A DNA stretch of 64,000 nucleotides from the human T2T-CHM13v2.0 reference genome, Homo sapiens: the NCBI RefSeq assembly GCF_009914755.1, contig NC_060944.1. One strand, 5' to 3'. The notes beneath the pieces were generated by a model. The model had not been told where the DNA came from, searched no databases, and was given only the letters and a program-made list of their open reading frames with translations. This document shows, piece by piece, positions 47,865-62,044 of this stretch; position 1 is the stretch's first letter, and each line of letters starts with the position of its first letter. Position numbers and translations under genes: made by a program.

Positions 47865-49681
47865 CTGCCCACAAGAGACCATGTCTCTAAATAAATAAAC
47901 AAAACAACAAAACAATGCTTTCTTTACAGAAATCTCTCTCAGTGGCTGGGAAGACAGTATACCAAAAGCCCAGGTTTAACTTGATTTGATGGGTGATCCT
48001 AGGAATTTTTGTTCTTTGTATGCAACTTCCTATTGGCTAATAGGACCCAAAAAAAATCCATTTCAGGGACTCAGAGGGTAGGCGGTGTCTGTGTATCAGC
48101 CTGGCCTTATGCCCCCTCGGAGCCCCAGGCTGACTCATGGCAGGGTTCTCTCAGCTCAGCCCTCGTGCTTTCTTTGTTTCTCTTGTTGTTGAGCACAGCC
48201 TGGTTTTCCTGCCGGCTCCCACAGAGAGTGTGCCCTGTCCCACATCTCTGACGAGCTGACAATACAGAGCTGCAGGCTGGAGCCCCTGAGGACTGAGAGT
48301 ATACTGACCTCTAACTTCTTCACCCTTGTCTGCAAGAAAAGAAAGCCTCTGAGCTGCAGGGTGGCAGGTCCTGGCTGTGTCATGATTCTTGAATCACAGA
48401 TGTTTTTCTTGGCTGAATGCCGGGGCCAAACTATCCAGGGAACACTGGTGGGGCAGGGAAAAAAAAGAAGAAAGCCCTAAGTTTGTTTTCTTTGCTGTCT
48501 TTTTCATCCAGATTTAAACAGTGTCAAGGCTAAGACTGAGCAGATCTAGGGACAAACAGCAACAACCACCATCTGGAAAATCAGCGGGCAAGGTGCTCTG
48601 GCTAGGCCAGCAGGCACAGCAGCCCTTCAGAGGTGGTGACATTTGACTCTCGGCATAATCCCCCGTGTCCTGCCATTCTTTTGCTTACCTTTCCCATTCT
48701 GGGGTCTGCACTAAGGTCTGGAATTGAGAGCTGCTATATAGGACCTGACGTTAGCAGGCGTGTGCCCCAACTGTTTTCTCCAGTATCCTAAAAGAAGAGA
48801 AACCCCAAGCCAGCTACATGGATAATTCTTCTCTGGCCAAGAAAGAAAAATGCTCGCATGGATTATGCATTTTCAGAAGGAACCGTGCATTCTCAGAAGG
48901 GTGTTTTTCCTTTGCCAAGCTCTGTGCTGGGTTTTTCCTGTGCTGGGCTCAGACAGTGTTTGGCACAGAGTAGTCATTCATTTCACAAGTATGTATTGAG
49001 CACGTGTGATGTATTGTTCTAGGTGTTACTTAAATGGACAAAAGAGTAAAATAAAACCATAGTATCTAAACTAATTACAGAGTTTCTAAATGTTGGTGAC
49101 ATAGAGGCCTGGGACATTATTTTAGCTCTGTCATGTAGAGATCAATAGTGATAATTTGTTTTGTTCATGATTAATTAGACAGCAATATCATTGATGCTTC
49201 TATTCCAGAGCTGAGGCACCTTATGGTGCCAGTAAGGAGGGAAATGCCAGGAAAAAAAGGGTGAGGACAGTCAAAGGGCACAGGAATCAACCTGAAAGAG
49301 CTCCTAATGGCCAAAGCTGAAGCAATTTAAGACTTAAAAAAAGTAATGTTGGATTATAACCATAGAATAAACATCCATGAGTCCATACTGATACCAGTAA
49401 GTTTTTAAAAATCAGTAAATAAATAAATAAGGAAGAAAGAGCAGCTTTTGCTTATGTGTAGAAGGAATGAGGAAAATAGAAAATCACTGAGAAAAGCACA
49501 ATAATAATTGTTGGACTCACCAATGAATTCTAAAACTATTCAGCAAAAGTTTGAGGACAAACAGGATATTTGCAGACTCAAGTATGTCCCCCAAAATGTT
49601 TATTAATTACAAAGAGAAATATAGTAATTTCAGAGCAGGCAAATCCAAGAGACACCACCTTAACTAGGTGATCAAAGATAC

Positions 49682-51122
49682 TGAGAAGTGACAGTGTGCT
49701 GGCAGCCCTCACAGCCCTCGCTCGCTCTGGGTGCCTCCTCGGCCTTGGCACCCACTCTGGCCCTGCTTGAGGAGCCCTTCAGCCCGCCACTGCACTGTGG
49801 GAGCCCCTTTCTGGGCTGGCCAAGGCCAGAGCTGGCTCCCTCAGCTTGCAGGGGAGTGTGGAGGGAGAGACGCGAGCTGGAACCAGGGCTGCGCACGGTG
49901 CTGGCGGGCCAGCTGGAGTTCCGGGTGGGCGTGGGCTTGGCGGGCCCCGCACTTGGAGCAGCCAGTTGGCGCTGCCGGCCCCGGGCAATGAGGGGCTTAG
50001 AACCCAGGCCAGTGGCTGCGGAGGGTATGTTGGGTCCCCCAGCAGTGCCGGCCCACCGGCACTGCGCTCGATTTCTCACCGGGCCTTAGCTGCCTCCCTG
50101 CGGGGCAGGGCTCAGGACCTGCAGTCCACCATGCCTGAGCCTCCTCCTCCTCCGTGGGCTCCTGTGCGGCCTGAGCCTCCCCGACGAGCGTGGCCCCCCG
50201 CTCCACAGCGCCCAGTCCCATCGACCACCCAAGGGCTGAGGAGTGCAGGCGCACGGCGCGGGACTGGCAGGCAGCTCCACCTGCTGCCCTGGTGCTGGAT
50301 CCACTGGGTGAAGCCAGCTGGGCTCCTGAGTCTGGTGGGGACTTGGAGAACCTTTATGTCTAGCCAAGGGATTGTAAATACACCAATGGGCACTCTGTAT
50401 CTAGCTCAAGGTTTGTGAATGCACCAATCAGCACCCTGTGTCTAGCTCAGGGTTTGTGAATGCACCAATCAACACTCTGTATCTAGCTATTCGGGTGGGG
50501 ACTTGGAGAACCTTTGTATGGACACTCTGTATCTAGCTAATCTAGTGGGGACGTGGAGAACCTTTGTGTCTAGCTCAGGGATTGTAAATGCACCAATCAG
50601 CACCCTGTCAAAACAGACCACTGGGCTCTCTGTAAAATGGACCAATCAGCAGGATGTGGGTGGGGCCAGATAAGAGAATAAAAGCAGGCTGCCAGAGCCA
50701 GCAGTGGCAACCTGCTCGGGTCTCCTTCCACGCTGTGGAAGCTTTGTTCTTTCGCTTTTCGCAAATCCTGCTGCTGCTGCTCACTCTTTGGGTCTGCACT
50801 ACCTTTATGAGCTGTAACATACGCCGTGAAGGTCTGCAGCTTCACCCCTGAAGCCAGCGAGATCGCAAACCCACCGTGGGGAGCGAACAACTCCAGACGC
50901 GCGCCCTTAAGAGCTGTAACACTCACTGCGAAGGGCTGCAGCTTCACTCCTGAGCCAGCGAGACCACAAACCCACCAGAAGGAAGAAACTACGAACACAT
51001 CCGAACATCAGAAGGAACAAACTCTGGACACGCCGCCTTTAAGAACTGTAGCACTCACCACGAGGGTCCGCGGCTTCATTCTTAAAGTCAGTGAGACCAA
51101 GAACCCACCAATTCCGGACACA
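49682..51122 (+). mobile_element. LTR12 (LTR12C-like, ERV9) solo LTR
   Basis: TGAGAAGTGACAGTGTGCTGGCAGCCCTC ... CCAATTCCGGACACA. CpG-rich U3, tandem CACCAATC/TCTAGCT repeats, AGATAA plus AATAAAAG promoter box (50668-50684). 4-bp TSD atac/atgc. Confidence 0.93.
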
Positions 51123-51452
51123 ATGCCATCACCAGTAAGAAGATACATCAACATGATGTTCCCTCAGTAGGATGCAGGGAGAAGGAACAATGCCACCTGT
51201 GGTTTCCTGCCCAAAATGAATAGCCTCCATCTAACGCCGAGACACACCCACGTTGAGAGATATTCTACGAAATCAGTGACCAGTACTTTTCAACAGTGGC
51301 AAAGTCATGAATGACAAGGGAAGACTGAGGGACTGTCACAGGTTTTAGGAGATTAAGGAGACATGACATCTATATGTGATAGTGGGAAAACTGTTGAAGC
51401 CCAAATAAAGTCTGCAGCTATGTTAATAGTATAGTACCCATGTCCATTTAGA

Positions 51453-51793
51453 ATTTTTTTTTTTTTTTTTTTTTTTTTTTTGAGACTTGAGACTCTCTCC
51501 ATCACCCAGGCTGGAGTGCAGTAGGGCGATCTCGGCTCAGTGCAAGCTCCGCCTCCCAGGTTCACGCCATTCTCCTTCCTTAGCACCCCCTTCCCTCTTC
51601 CCCACCCCCCCACCCCCGCCATCAACTGGGACTACAGGCACCCGCCACCACGCCCGGCTAATTTTTTGTGTTTTTAGTAGAGACGGGGTTTCACCATGTT
51701 AGCCAGGATGGTCTCGATCTCCTGACCTTGTGATCCGCCCGCCTTGGCCTCCAAAAGTGCTGGGATTACAGGCGTGAGCCACCGCGCCCAGCC
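51453..51793 (-). mobile_element. AluY-like with an internal C-rich insertion
   Basis: AluY diagnostics; non-consensus tract at 51586-51623. Confidence 0.88.
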
Positions 51794-51955
51794 TAGAAAA
51801 AAATTTTTTATAGTAAATAATCAAACAAGAATGTACATTTCTTAATTTTAATGTGGTTATACCAGATGTTGATATTGGGGGTAAAGGAGAACTCTACTAT
51901 CTGCAACTTTTCTGTGAGCCTAAAACTGTTCTTTTTAAAAGCAAGAATACATTTG

Positions 51956-52356
51956 ACGCTCAGTGCAGTGTCTCACACCTGTAATCCCAGCAGTTTGGAA
52001 GGGCGAGGGAGGCAGATCACCTGAGGTCAGGAGCCTAGCCAACATTATGAAACCCTGTCTCTACTAAAAATATAAAAACCAGCTGGACATGGTGGCAGGC
52101 ACCTGCAGTCCTAGCTACTCTGGAGACTGAGGCAGGAGAATCCCTTGAACCCAGGAGATGGAGGTTGCAGTGAGCCGAGATCACTGTGCACTCCGCACTT
52201 AACTTTTTCAGAACAAAATACTGTATAAGCCACACTACCCCATACAAAGAACTGTAATTACTTGTAATTCTTATGAACTAGGTATTCATTTGTACAAATC
52301 TGGAAAGCCAGTGGGCGACAGAGTGAGACTCCGTCTCAAAAAAAACAAAAAAAAAA
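51956..52356 (+). mobile_element. Alu carrying a ~115-bp non-Alu insertion in the right arm
   Basis: Alu consensus interrupted between gcactcc and tgggcgacagag. TSD-like atacatttga. Confidence 0.85.
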
Positions 52357-52423
52357 GGATACATTTGAAATCAGGTCTATTTTAGATTCCATAGAAAAAG
52401 ATTTACTTTTAAAGATTCAGAAT

Positions 52424-53037
52424 GGCCGGGTGTGGTGGCTCACACCTGTAATCCCAGCACTTTGGGAGGCCGAGGTGGGCAGATCATGAGGTCAGGAGAT
52501 CGAGACCATCCTAGCTAACACGGTGAAACCTCGTCTCTACTAAAAGTACAAAAAATTAGCCAGGTGTGGTGGCGGGCGCCTGTAGTCCCAGCTACTCGGG
52601 AGACTGAGGCAGGAGAATGGCGTGAACCCAGGAGGCGGAGGTTGCAGTGAGTGGAGGTTGCAGTGAGCCAAGATTGTGCCACTGCACTCCAGCCTGGGCA
52701 ACAGAGCAAGACTCCCTCTCAAAAAAAAAAAAAAAAGATTCAGAATGGGCTGGGCGTGGTGGCTCACGCCTGTAATCCCAGCACTTTGGGAGGCCGAGGT
52801 GGCAGATCACCTGAGGACCAGCCTGGCTAACATGGTGAAACCCTGTCTCTACTAAAAATACAAAAATTAGCCAGGCATGGCGGCACCCACCTGTAATCTC
52901 AGCTACTCAGAAGGCTGAGGCAGGATAATCACTTGAACCTGGGAGGCGGACGTTGCAGTGAGCGGAGATCATGCCATTGCACTCCGGCCTGGGCGACAGA
53001 GAGAGACTCCGTCTCAGGAAAAAAAATAAAAAACAAA
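52424..53037 (+). mobile_element. Two tandem Alus sharing one target site
   Basis: aaagattcagaatg occurs before, between and after them. Confidence 0.88.
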
Positions 53038-53721
53038 GATTCAGAATGATCTGGTTTTATAAAGCATGTGTTTATCATGAACTTGGTGTATTTAAGAGCG
53101 TAAACCCGTGTGTCTGTGAAAGGCTAAACCGGCTGTCAAGGTAACTGAGCCTTTGTTCTTGCTTTGCCCCTTTCTGACTCAGCATTACCAGGTCATCTTG
53201 GCTTTCCAGATTTGTACAAATGAATACCTAGTTCATAAGTATTACAAATGATTACAATTCTTTGTATGGGGGTAATGTGGCTTATACAGTATTTTGTTCT
53301 GAAAAACAAAGTAATACAAAAACTAGTCAGTGGTGTGAATTTTGTTTACCTGAAATCAGATGTCATGTTGATCACGTAACTTCTTCTGGCCTAACATTGA
53401 CGCATTGATATCCTCAGACCAGGTCCAGAGAGGCCACTTCCCATAATACCAGGCTTTCATTACTGGCACCAAATTGGTGGGGAGAAAAAAGAAAGAAGGG
53501 ATTTCTTTCTACTAAATAAACTCTTAGGACCTTCTGAGAGAAAGGATCAAATCTCAGGTAACCAGAAAGGTCACTGTGATTATGAAAATCATAGCAACCA
53601 ATGGTTAAGCAGAAATGTAGATGACGCCATTTCTATTGTATCCATGTAACTACTGAGAAGAGTTAAATATTTCCTACTTCTACTGTCTGTGTACTTCTCA
53701 AAGAAACCTTTTTTTCAGTTG

Positions 53722-53887
53722 TTTTTTTTTTTTTTTTTGGAGACTGAGTCTTGCTCCGTCGCCCAGGCTGGAGTGCAGTGACACAATCTTGGCTCACTGC
53801 AACCTCTGCCTCTCGGGTTCAAGCGATTCTCCCTGCTTCAGCCTCCCGAGTAGCTGGGACTACAAGTGCGTGCCACCGTGCCCGGCC
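53722..53887 (-). mobile_element. Alu monomer
   Basis: Single arm with poly(T). Confidence 0.75.
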
Positions 53888-53904
53888 TTTTAGTCTTTTT
53901 TAAA

Positions 53905-54293
53905 AAAAAATTTTGTATTTCCATAGTTTTTTTGGGGGGGAACAGGTGGTGTTTGGTTCCATGAGTAAGTTCTTTCGTGGTGATTTCTGAGATTTTGGTG
54001 CACCCACCACCCGAGCAGTGTACACGGAACCCAATTTGTAGTCTTTTATCCCTCACCCCCTTCCCACCCTTTCCCCCTGGAGTCCCCACTGTCTATTGTA
54101 TCATTATTATGCATTTGCGTCCTCATAGCTTAGCTCCCACTTACGAGTGAGAACATACGATGTTTGGTTTTTCCATTCCTGAGTTACTTCACTTAGAATC
54201 ATAGTCTCCAATCCCATCAAAGTTGCTGGGAATGCCATTAATTCATTCCTTTTTATGGCTGAGTAGTATTCCATCACATATATATACCACAGT
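53905..54293 (-). mobile_element. L1PB-type 3' end
   Basis: ggaacaggtggtgtttggtt...; minus-strand remnant YSAIKRNELMAF...LETMILSEVTQEWK (ORF2p C-terminus). Confidence 0.85.
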
Positions 54294-54329
54294 TCAAATA
54301 AACCTTTATTTTTAAGAATGCTGTATTTC

Positions 54330-54938
<609 letters not shown>

Positions 54939-56726
54939 TGCTGTATTTTTAACAACATGTGCTATGTGTTCTTTCTTGGTCTATGAATAATAACCCTTAT
55001 TGTGTAGGGAAAATGTGGCTGCAGCCAGGGTCACCATCGACACTTGTGCATACTGTGCACTACAAAATGCACCCAGCTGAGGGACAAGTAGGGGCTGACA
55101 TCTGTCTTCCTCTCTGCTCCCCACGCTGCATGCCTGTGGGGCTGTAACTACCCAGAGGAATGCATGTCTTTTTCTAATTACACAAAGGTGCCAACTGGCT
55201 GTTAGCTCTACTCGTAGGTGTAGTGTATGTGTAATGGACTGGATCAGCAAATTGAGAGAGAGATTACAAGTTCAGTGCAGCAAAAGGCATTGTGGTGATC
55301 TATTTGAAATTCTTTACCATATTATGAAAAATATTCCTCTCTAAATCTAGTGTTTTCATTGAAAAATTCATACTCTCTGCCATACCAGAAACCTACTGTC
55401 ACTACTCACATATTCTTCAGAAATTTCCTGAATACATCCAAATATATATTTTTGTACACACACACAGCCACAGCCACACATATATTCATTTATGCAAATG
55501 GAAGTTTGCTATTTTATCCCTTGTTTTTTTAAAAACTTCAAGATTTTTATTATTGTGGTAAAATATATATAACATAAACTATATCATTTTAATAATTTTT
55601 AAAGGGTAAAATTCAATAGCATTAAGGACATTTACATCATTTGTGAAACTCTCATCACTATCTCCACAACTCTTTCATTCCAAACTGAAACTCTGTACCC
55701 ATTAAACAATAACTCCTAATCCCTCCACTCCATCCACCACTGTTTTTCTTTCTGTCTCTATTAATTAGTGGCAGAATTTACTTTCTGCCACTACATACCT
55801 CATATAAGTAGAATCACACAATATTTGTCCTTTTGTATCTGCCTTATTTCAGTTAGCATAATGTCTTTGAGGTTCATTCATGTTGTGGGATGTATCCGAA
55901 TTTCATTTTTTTTTCAGGCTGAGTAATATTCTATTGCATGTATATAACACATTTTATTTATCCATTCACCTGTCAATCAACACTTGAGCTGCTTATACCT
56001 TGTGGCTATTGTGAATAATGGTGCTGTGAACAGGGGTGTATGAATATCTATTCAAGTTCCTGGTTCCAAGTTTCGGGGTACATATCCAGAAATCATATGG
56101 TAATTCCAGCTTTAATTTTTTCAGGAGCCACCATACTGTTTTCCACAGCATCTGCACCATTTTACATTTCTACCAACCAACAATGAACAAATCTAATTTG
56201 CTCACATCTTCACCAACACTTGTATTTTGTTAGTAGTCATCCTAATCAGTGTGATGTAATACATCTTTGCGGTTTTTATTTGAATTTCTCTAATGATTAG
56301 CAATGTCAAGCATCGTTTCAGGTATTAATTGTGGCTATTTGTGTATCTTCTTCAGAGACATGTTTACTAAAATCTTTTATCCATTTTTTACTTGGGTTGG
56401 CTTTTGAGTTTTAGGCGTTTATTATATATTCTGGACATTAATCCCTTGTCAGATATATGGTTTACAAATATTTTCTCCCATTCTGTCAGTTGTCTTTTCA
56501 CTCTGTTGATAGCATACTTTCATGCACAGAAGTTTTAAATTTTGGGCCGGGTTTAGTGGCTTATGCCTGTAATCCCAGCACTTTGGGTGGCTGAGATGGG
56601 AGGTCAAGGGTTCAAGACCAGCTTGGTCAACATAGCAAGATGCCCATCTCTATAAAAAGAAATAAAAAAGAATTTAAAAAAACCAAAAAAATAAGTTTTT
56701 AATTTTGATGAATCCCAATTCGTCTA

Positions 56727-56880
56727 CTTTTTCTTTTCCTTCTTTCCTTCCTTTCTTTCTCTTTCTTGCTTCCATTTCTTTTCTTTCTTTCTTTCTCCTT
56801 CCTTCCTTCCTTCTTTCCTTCCTTTCTTTCTCTTTCTTGCTTCCATTTCTTTCCTTCCTTCCTTCCTTTTTTTCTTTCCT
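56727..56880. repeat. CT-rich low-complexity tract (CTTT/CTTC), an expanded Alu tail
   Basis: Polypyrimidine run abutting an Alu 3' end. Confidence 0.85.
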
Positions 56881-57104
56881 GAGACAGAAAGGGTCTCACT
56901 GTGTTGTCCAGGCTGGAGTGCAGTGGTATGATCTCAGCTCACTGCAACTTCTGCCTCCCAGGCTCAAGCCTGATGTCATGTCCAGAAGCACAAACAACTA
57001 AATCATTACCAAATCTAATGTCATGAAGCTTCCCCCCTATGTTTTATTCTAAGAGTTTTAGCCCTTAAATTCAGGCCTTTGATCAATTTGATTTAATTTT
57101 TGTA

Positions 57105-58613
<1,509 letters not shown>

Positions 58614-59211
58614 TATATGGTATAAGAAAAAGATCTAATTTGACACTTTTGCATGTAGATATCCGGTTTTCCTGGCATCTCTCCATTGAATGGCCTTGGC
58701 ATCCATGTCAAAAATTGTTTGACCATATATGTGAGTGTTTAAATCTGGGCTCTCTATTCCATTGGTTTATAGGTTTGTATATCTGTCTTTATGCTGGTAC
58801 CATACTGTTCACACTACTATAGCTTTGTAGTAAGTTTTAAAACCAGCTTTGGTCCTTCTTTTTGAAGATTATTTTGGCTATTAGACATCCCTTGAAATTC
58901 CATATGAATTAAAGATGGATTTTTTCTATTTCTGCAAAAACTATCATTGGGATTTCAACAGGGATTGCATTGAATCTGTAGACTGCTTTTGGAAGTACTG
59001 ATGTCTTCACAATATTACATTTTCCAATCTATGAACCTGGGTTGTCTTTCTATTGATTTATGTCTTCTTTAATTTCTTCCAAAATATTTTGTAGTCTTCA
59101 TTGTACCAGTCTTTCACCTCCTGTATTAGGTTAATTCCTAAGCATTTTATTATTTTTTTTGATACTGCTGTAAATGAAATTGTTTTCTAAATTTCCTTTT
59201 CAGATTGTTGG

Positions 59212-59552
59212 TTTTTTGGGTTTTTGGTTTGTTTTGTTTTTCCTTTGAGACAAATTCTCATTCTGTTGCCCAGGCTGGAGCGCAGTGGCACGATCTGGGC
59301 TCACTGCAACCTCTGCCTCTTAGGATCAAGTGATTCTCATGCTTCAGCCCCCTGAAGCTACTACTTAGCTCTCGAGTAGTCCTGAGCTGAGACTACAGGC
59401 ATGCACCACCACGCTTGGCTAATTTTTTTTGTATCTTTAATAAAGACGAGGTTTCACCATGTTGGCCAGGATGGTCTTGAAGTCCTGACCTCAATCCACC
59501 CGCCTTGGCCTCCCAAAGTGCTGGAATTACAGGTGTGAGCCACTGTGTTCTG
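59212..59552 (-). mobile_element. Alu with a small internal rearrangement
   Basis: Dimeric Alu with extra agctactacttagctctcgagtagtcctga sequence. Confidence 0.8.
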
Positions 59553-59961
59553 ACACTTGTTCATTGTTAATGCATAGAAACACAACTGATTTTTGCATGT
59601 TGATTTTGTATCCTGCTCTATCCTTTGCTTTTAAAAATATATGTATTGGGATTTTCCCTTACAATCAATATTTTGAGATACTTCATTGTGCCCTCGATAG
59701 CATTCTATTATGCGGGTATTCTAGATTGGTCTTCATTCTACAGCCCACAGAACAAAGCTGGCCCATTGCCTGTTTTTGTACCTAAGCTGAAAGTGGTTTT
59801 ATAATTTTTAAATTATTGCATTTTAAGCAGTACATATATAACCTTTATCTTGTTTCTTGACCATAAAACCTAAAATACTTATTATTGGCCCATCAAGAAA
59901 AAGTATATTAATCCCCATTCTGGAACATACTTAGCCAGTCTCTTGTTGAAATTTTATTTGA

Positions 59962-60111
<150 letters not shown>

Positions 60112-60461
60112 TAATCTCATGGTATTCTAAGCAATATTTTAGTAATGTTCATCAAATTTTGCCCTCAAGGATATCTGTAGGGTAAATCCCTAGTAGAGGA
60201 ATAATTGCTGGATCCACACATGTGCATTTTTATTTTGGAGAGTTAATGCCACAAGTCCCCTGAAGGAAATCACAGCCACTCTCCTCTCATCAGCAGTGCA
60301 TTTCCTATGTGCTTACAGTGTGAATTACTGATTTTTACACTTTTATTGTCTCATTGTTGGAATTTCCATTTATTTAATTGTAAGTTAGGCTGAGCACCTT
60401 TTAATAAAAAGGTATATCTATATGTTCCTGTTTTTTGCTCCTTTTTTCTTTCACATGGTTG

Positions 60462-61137
60462 TGGGTCAGGATAAGTAAGGTTAGGAGGCCATGCTGACTT
60501 GCTTCCTTGCGTGAAGCCCTGTGGGCTTCTTTTGCAGTGGGCTTCTTTCGTTTGCACCCTTGCATGTTAGCACCTAACTCTTTGCAAGGTAGCAAAAGAG
60601 CTACCAGTCTCTGATACCCAATATGGCTGGGAAAAGCCCCTTTCTCATGATGTAGCTTCCCCAGTCTCCAGCCAATCATCACCAAAAGCCCAAGAAGCTA
60701 TTAGCTACAAATTCCTGCTTTGAGGAGATAGGGACTTCTCTGGGGTCCCACATGCACGGCTAGACTCCAGGTTTAGCTTACAGTGACCTTTTCCTCAATT
60801 TAATAGTAAAAAAGACACCCCTAGGTGGAAACTTTTTATGCTTTTGATACATGTGTCAAGTGTTAGAGCATGTAGACAGCAAGTGCATGCGCCAACCGCT
60901 GGTCCTCCTTTGCATACTTGACCTTACCAGTATTTTATGAATAGGTATGAACTACTACCCTAAAGGGAATTTCCCTTAAGGCACTAGCTGCCGTCTCTCC
61001 TTTTAAGCAGCCTGCTCTGCCTCTCACAATGTACTTTGCGCTTTGCAATAAACTTTTTTGCTTACTCTTACTTTGGATTTGCTGTCAATTTCTTTTGTGT
61101 GATGAAGTCAAGAACCTGAACCGGCCCACTGACAACA
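60462..61137 (+). mobile_element. ERV1-class solo LTR (MER66/MER31-like; subfamily uncertain)
   Basis: TG...CA termini, 4-bp TSD gttg, AATAAA near 61047, end gaacctgaaccggcccactgacaaca. Confidence 0.65.
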
Positions 61138-62044
61138 GTTGAATTATTGATAGTCACTAGCTATTTTTGTTTCTAATAATAATTCTTTATATATTAAGGC
61201 AAACTGAGCTTTTGTCATATGAGTATCAAATGTTTTTTTCCCAAGTTTGTCATTTAAAAAATTGTTTAAGTCCGTATTTACCCTAAAAGTGTTATATGCA
61301 CATGAATATAGTCATCTTTTCCTTTATGGCTTCTGGGTTTTATGTCTTACATGAAAATTTCTTCCCTATTTGAAGATGATTAAAAAAAACTTCATGTTTT
61401 CTTTTGGTTCTTATATGTTTTTAAAGTACTTTAATCCATCTGGCATTGACTTTGGTATATGGAGTAAAGGATGGCTCTGGCTGGTAGTCAGCTCTCCCAA
61501 AGCCATTTCGTGAATAATCTATCTTTTTTTTCACTGCTTTAAAATGCCATCTTTCCATATGTATTTGGGTTTACTTTTCAGCACTCTAATTTGTTCCACT
61601 GATCTAGCTATACATTCATTCATGTACTATTTCACGCTTCCTTAATTAAGTATAGTTTTATAATGCCTTTTATCATTTGGAAAAATTAGTCTTTATTAGC
61701 CTTCTTCTGTAGAGTTTTCTTGGCTATTTTTTCTATGAAATTCAGAATCAGCTTGTCTAATTAAAAAGTTGGTATTTAATTGAAATTGCATTAAATTTTT
61801 AGATAAATTCAAAGAAAAACTGTATTGTTAGTTCTTCCTATTAAAAACCAGGGTGTATACTGCTATTTATTCAGGGTTTTTTCTTTGCTAGCTAGAGCTT
61901 TAAAGTTTTGGTTTATATAAATTAATTTTAACTGAGTTTATTCCTAGGTATTTTTTCTTTTCTGGGTATTATGAGTAAGATTTTTCTTTTTTATGTTTTC
62001 TAACAGATTTTTTGTCCATCAAAAATGATTGTATTTTGATCTTT

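Larger units (their letters stand above)
49180..51935 (+). mobile_element. Old L1MC-type 3' region hosting the LTR12 and an AluY-like insertion
   Basis: caacctgaaagagctcctaatggccaaagctg; ggagacatgac; ctgcaacttttctgtgagcctaaaact. Confidence 0.6.

Noticed and set aside
48025-48050. Small hairpins such as CCTATT-ggct-AATAGG (also GGCACC-ttat-GGTGCC near 49215)
   Set aside because: 6-bp stems are expected by chance many times in 64 kb.
49672-51170. Overlapping GC-rich ORFs or a CpG-island gene promoter
   Set aside because: Entirely within the LTR12 solo LTR.
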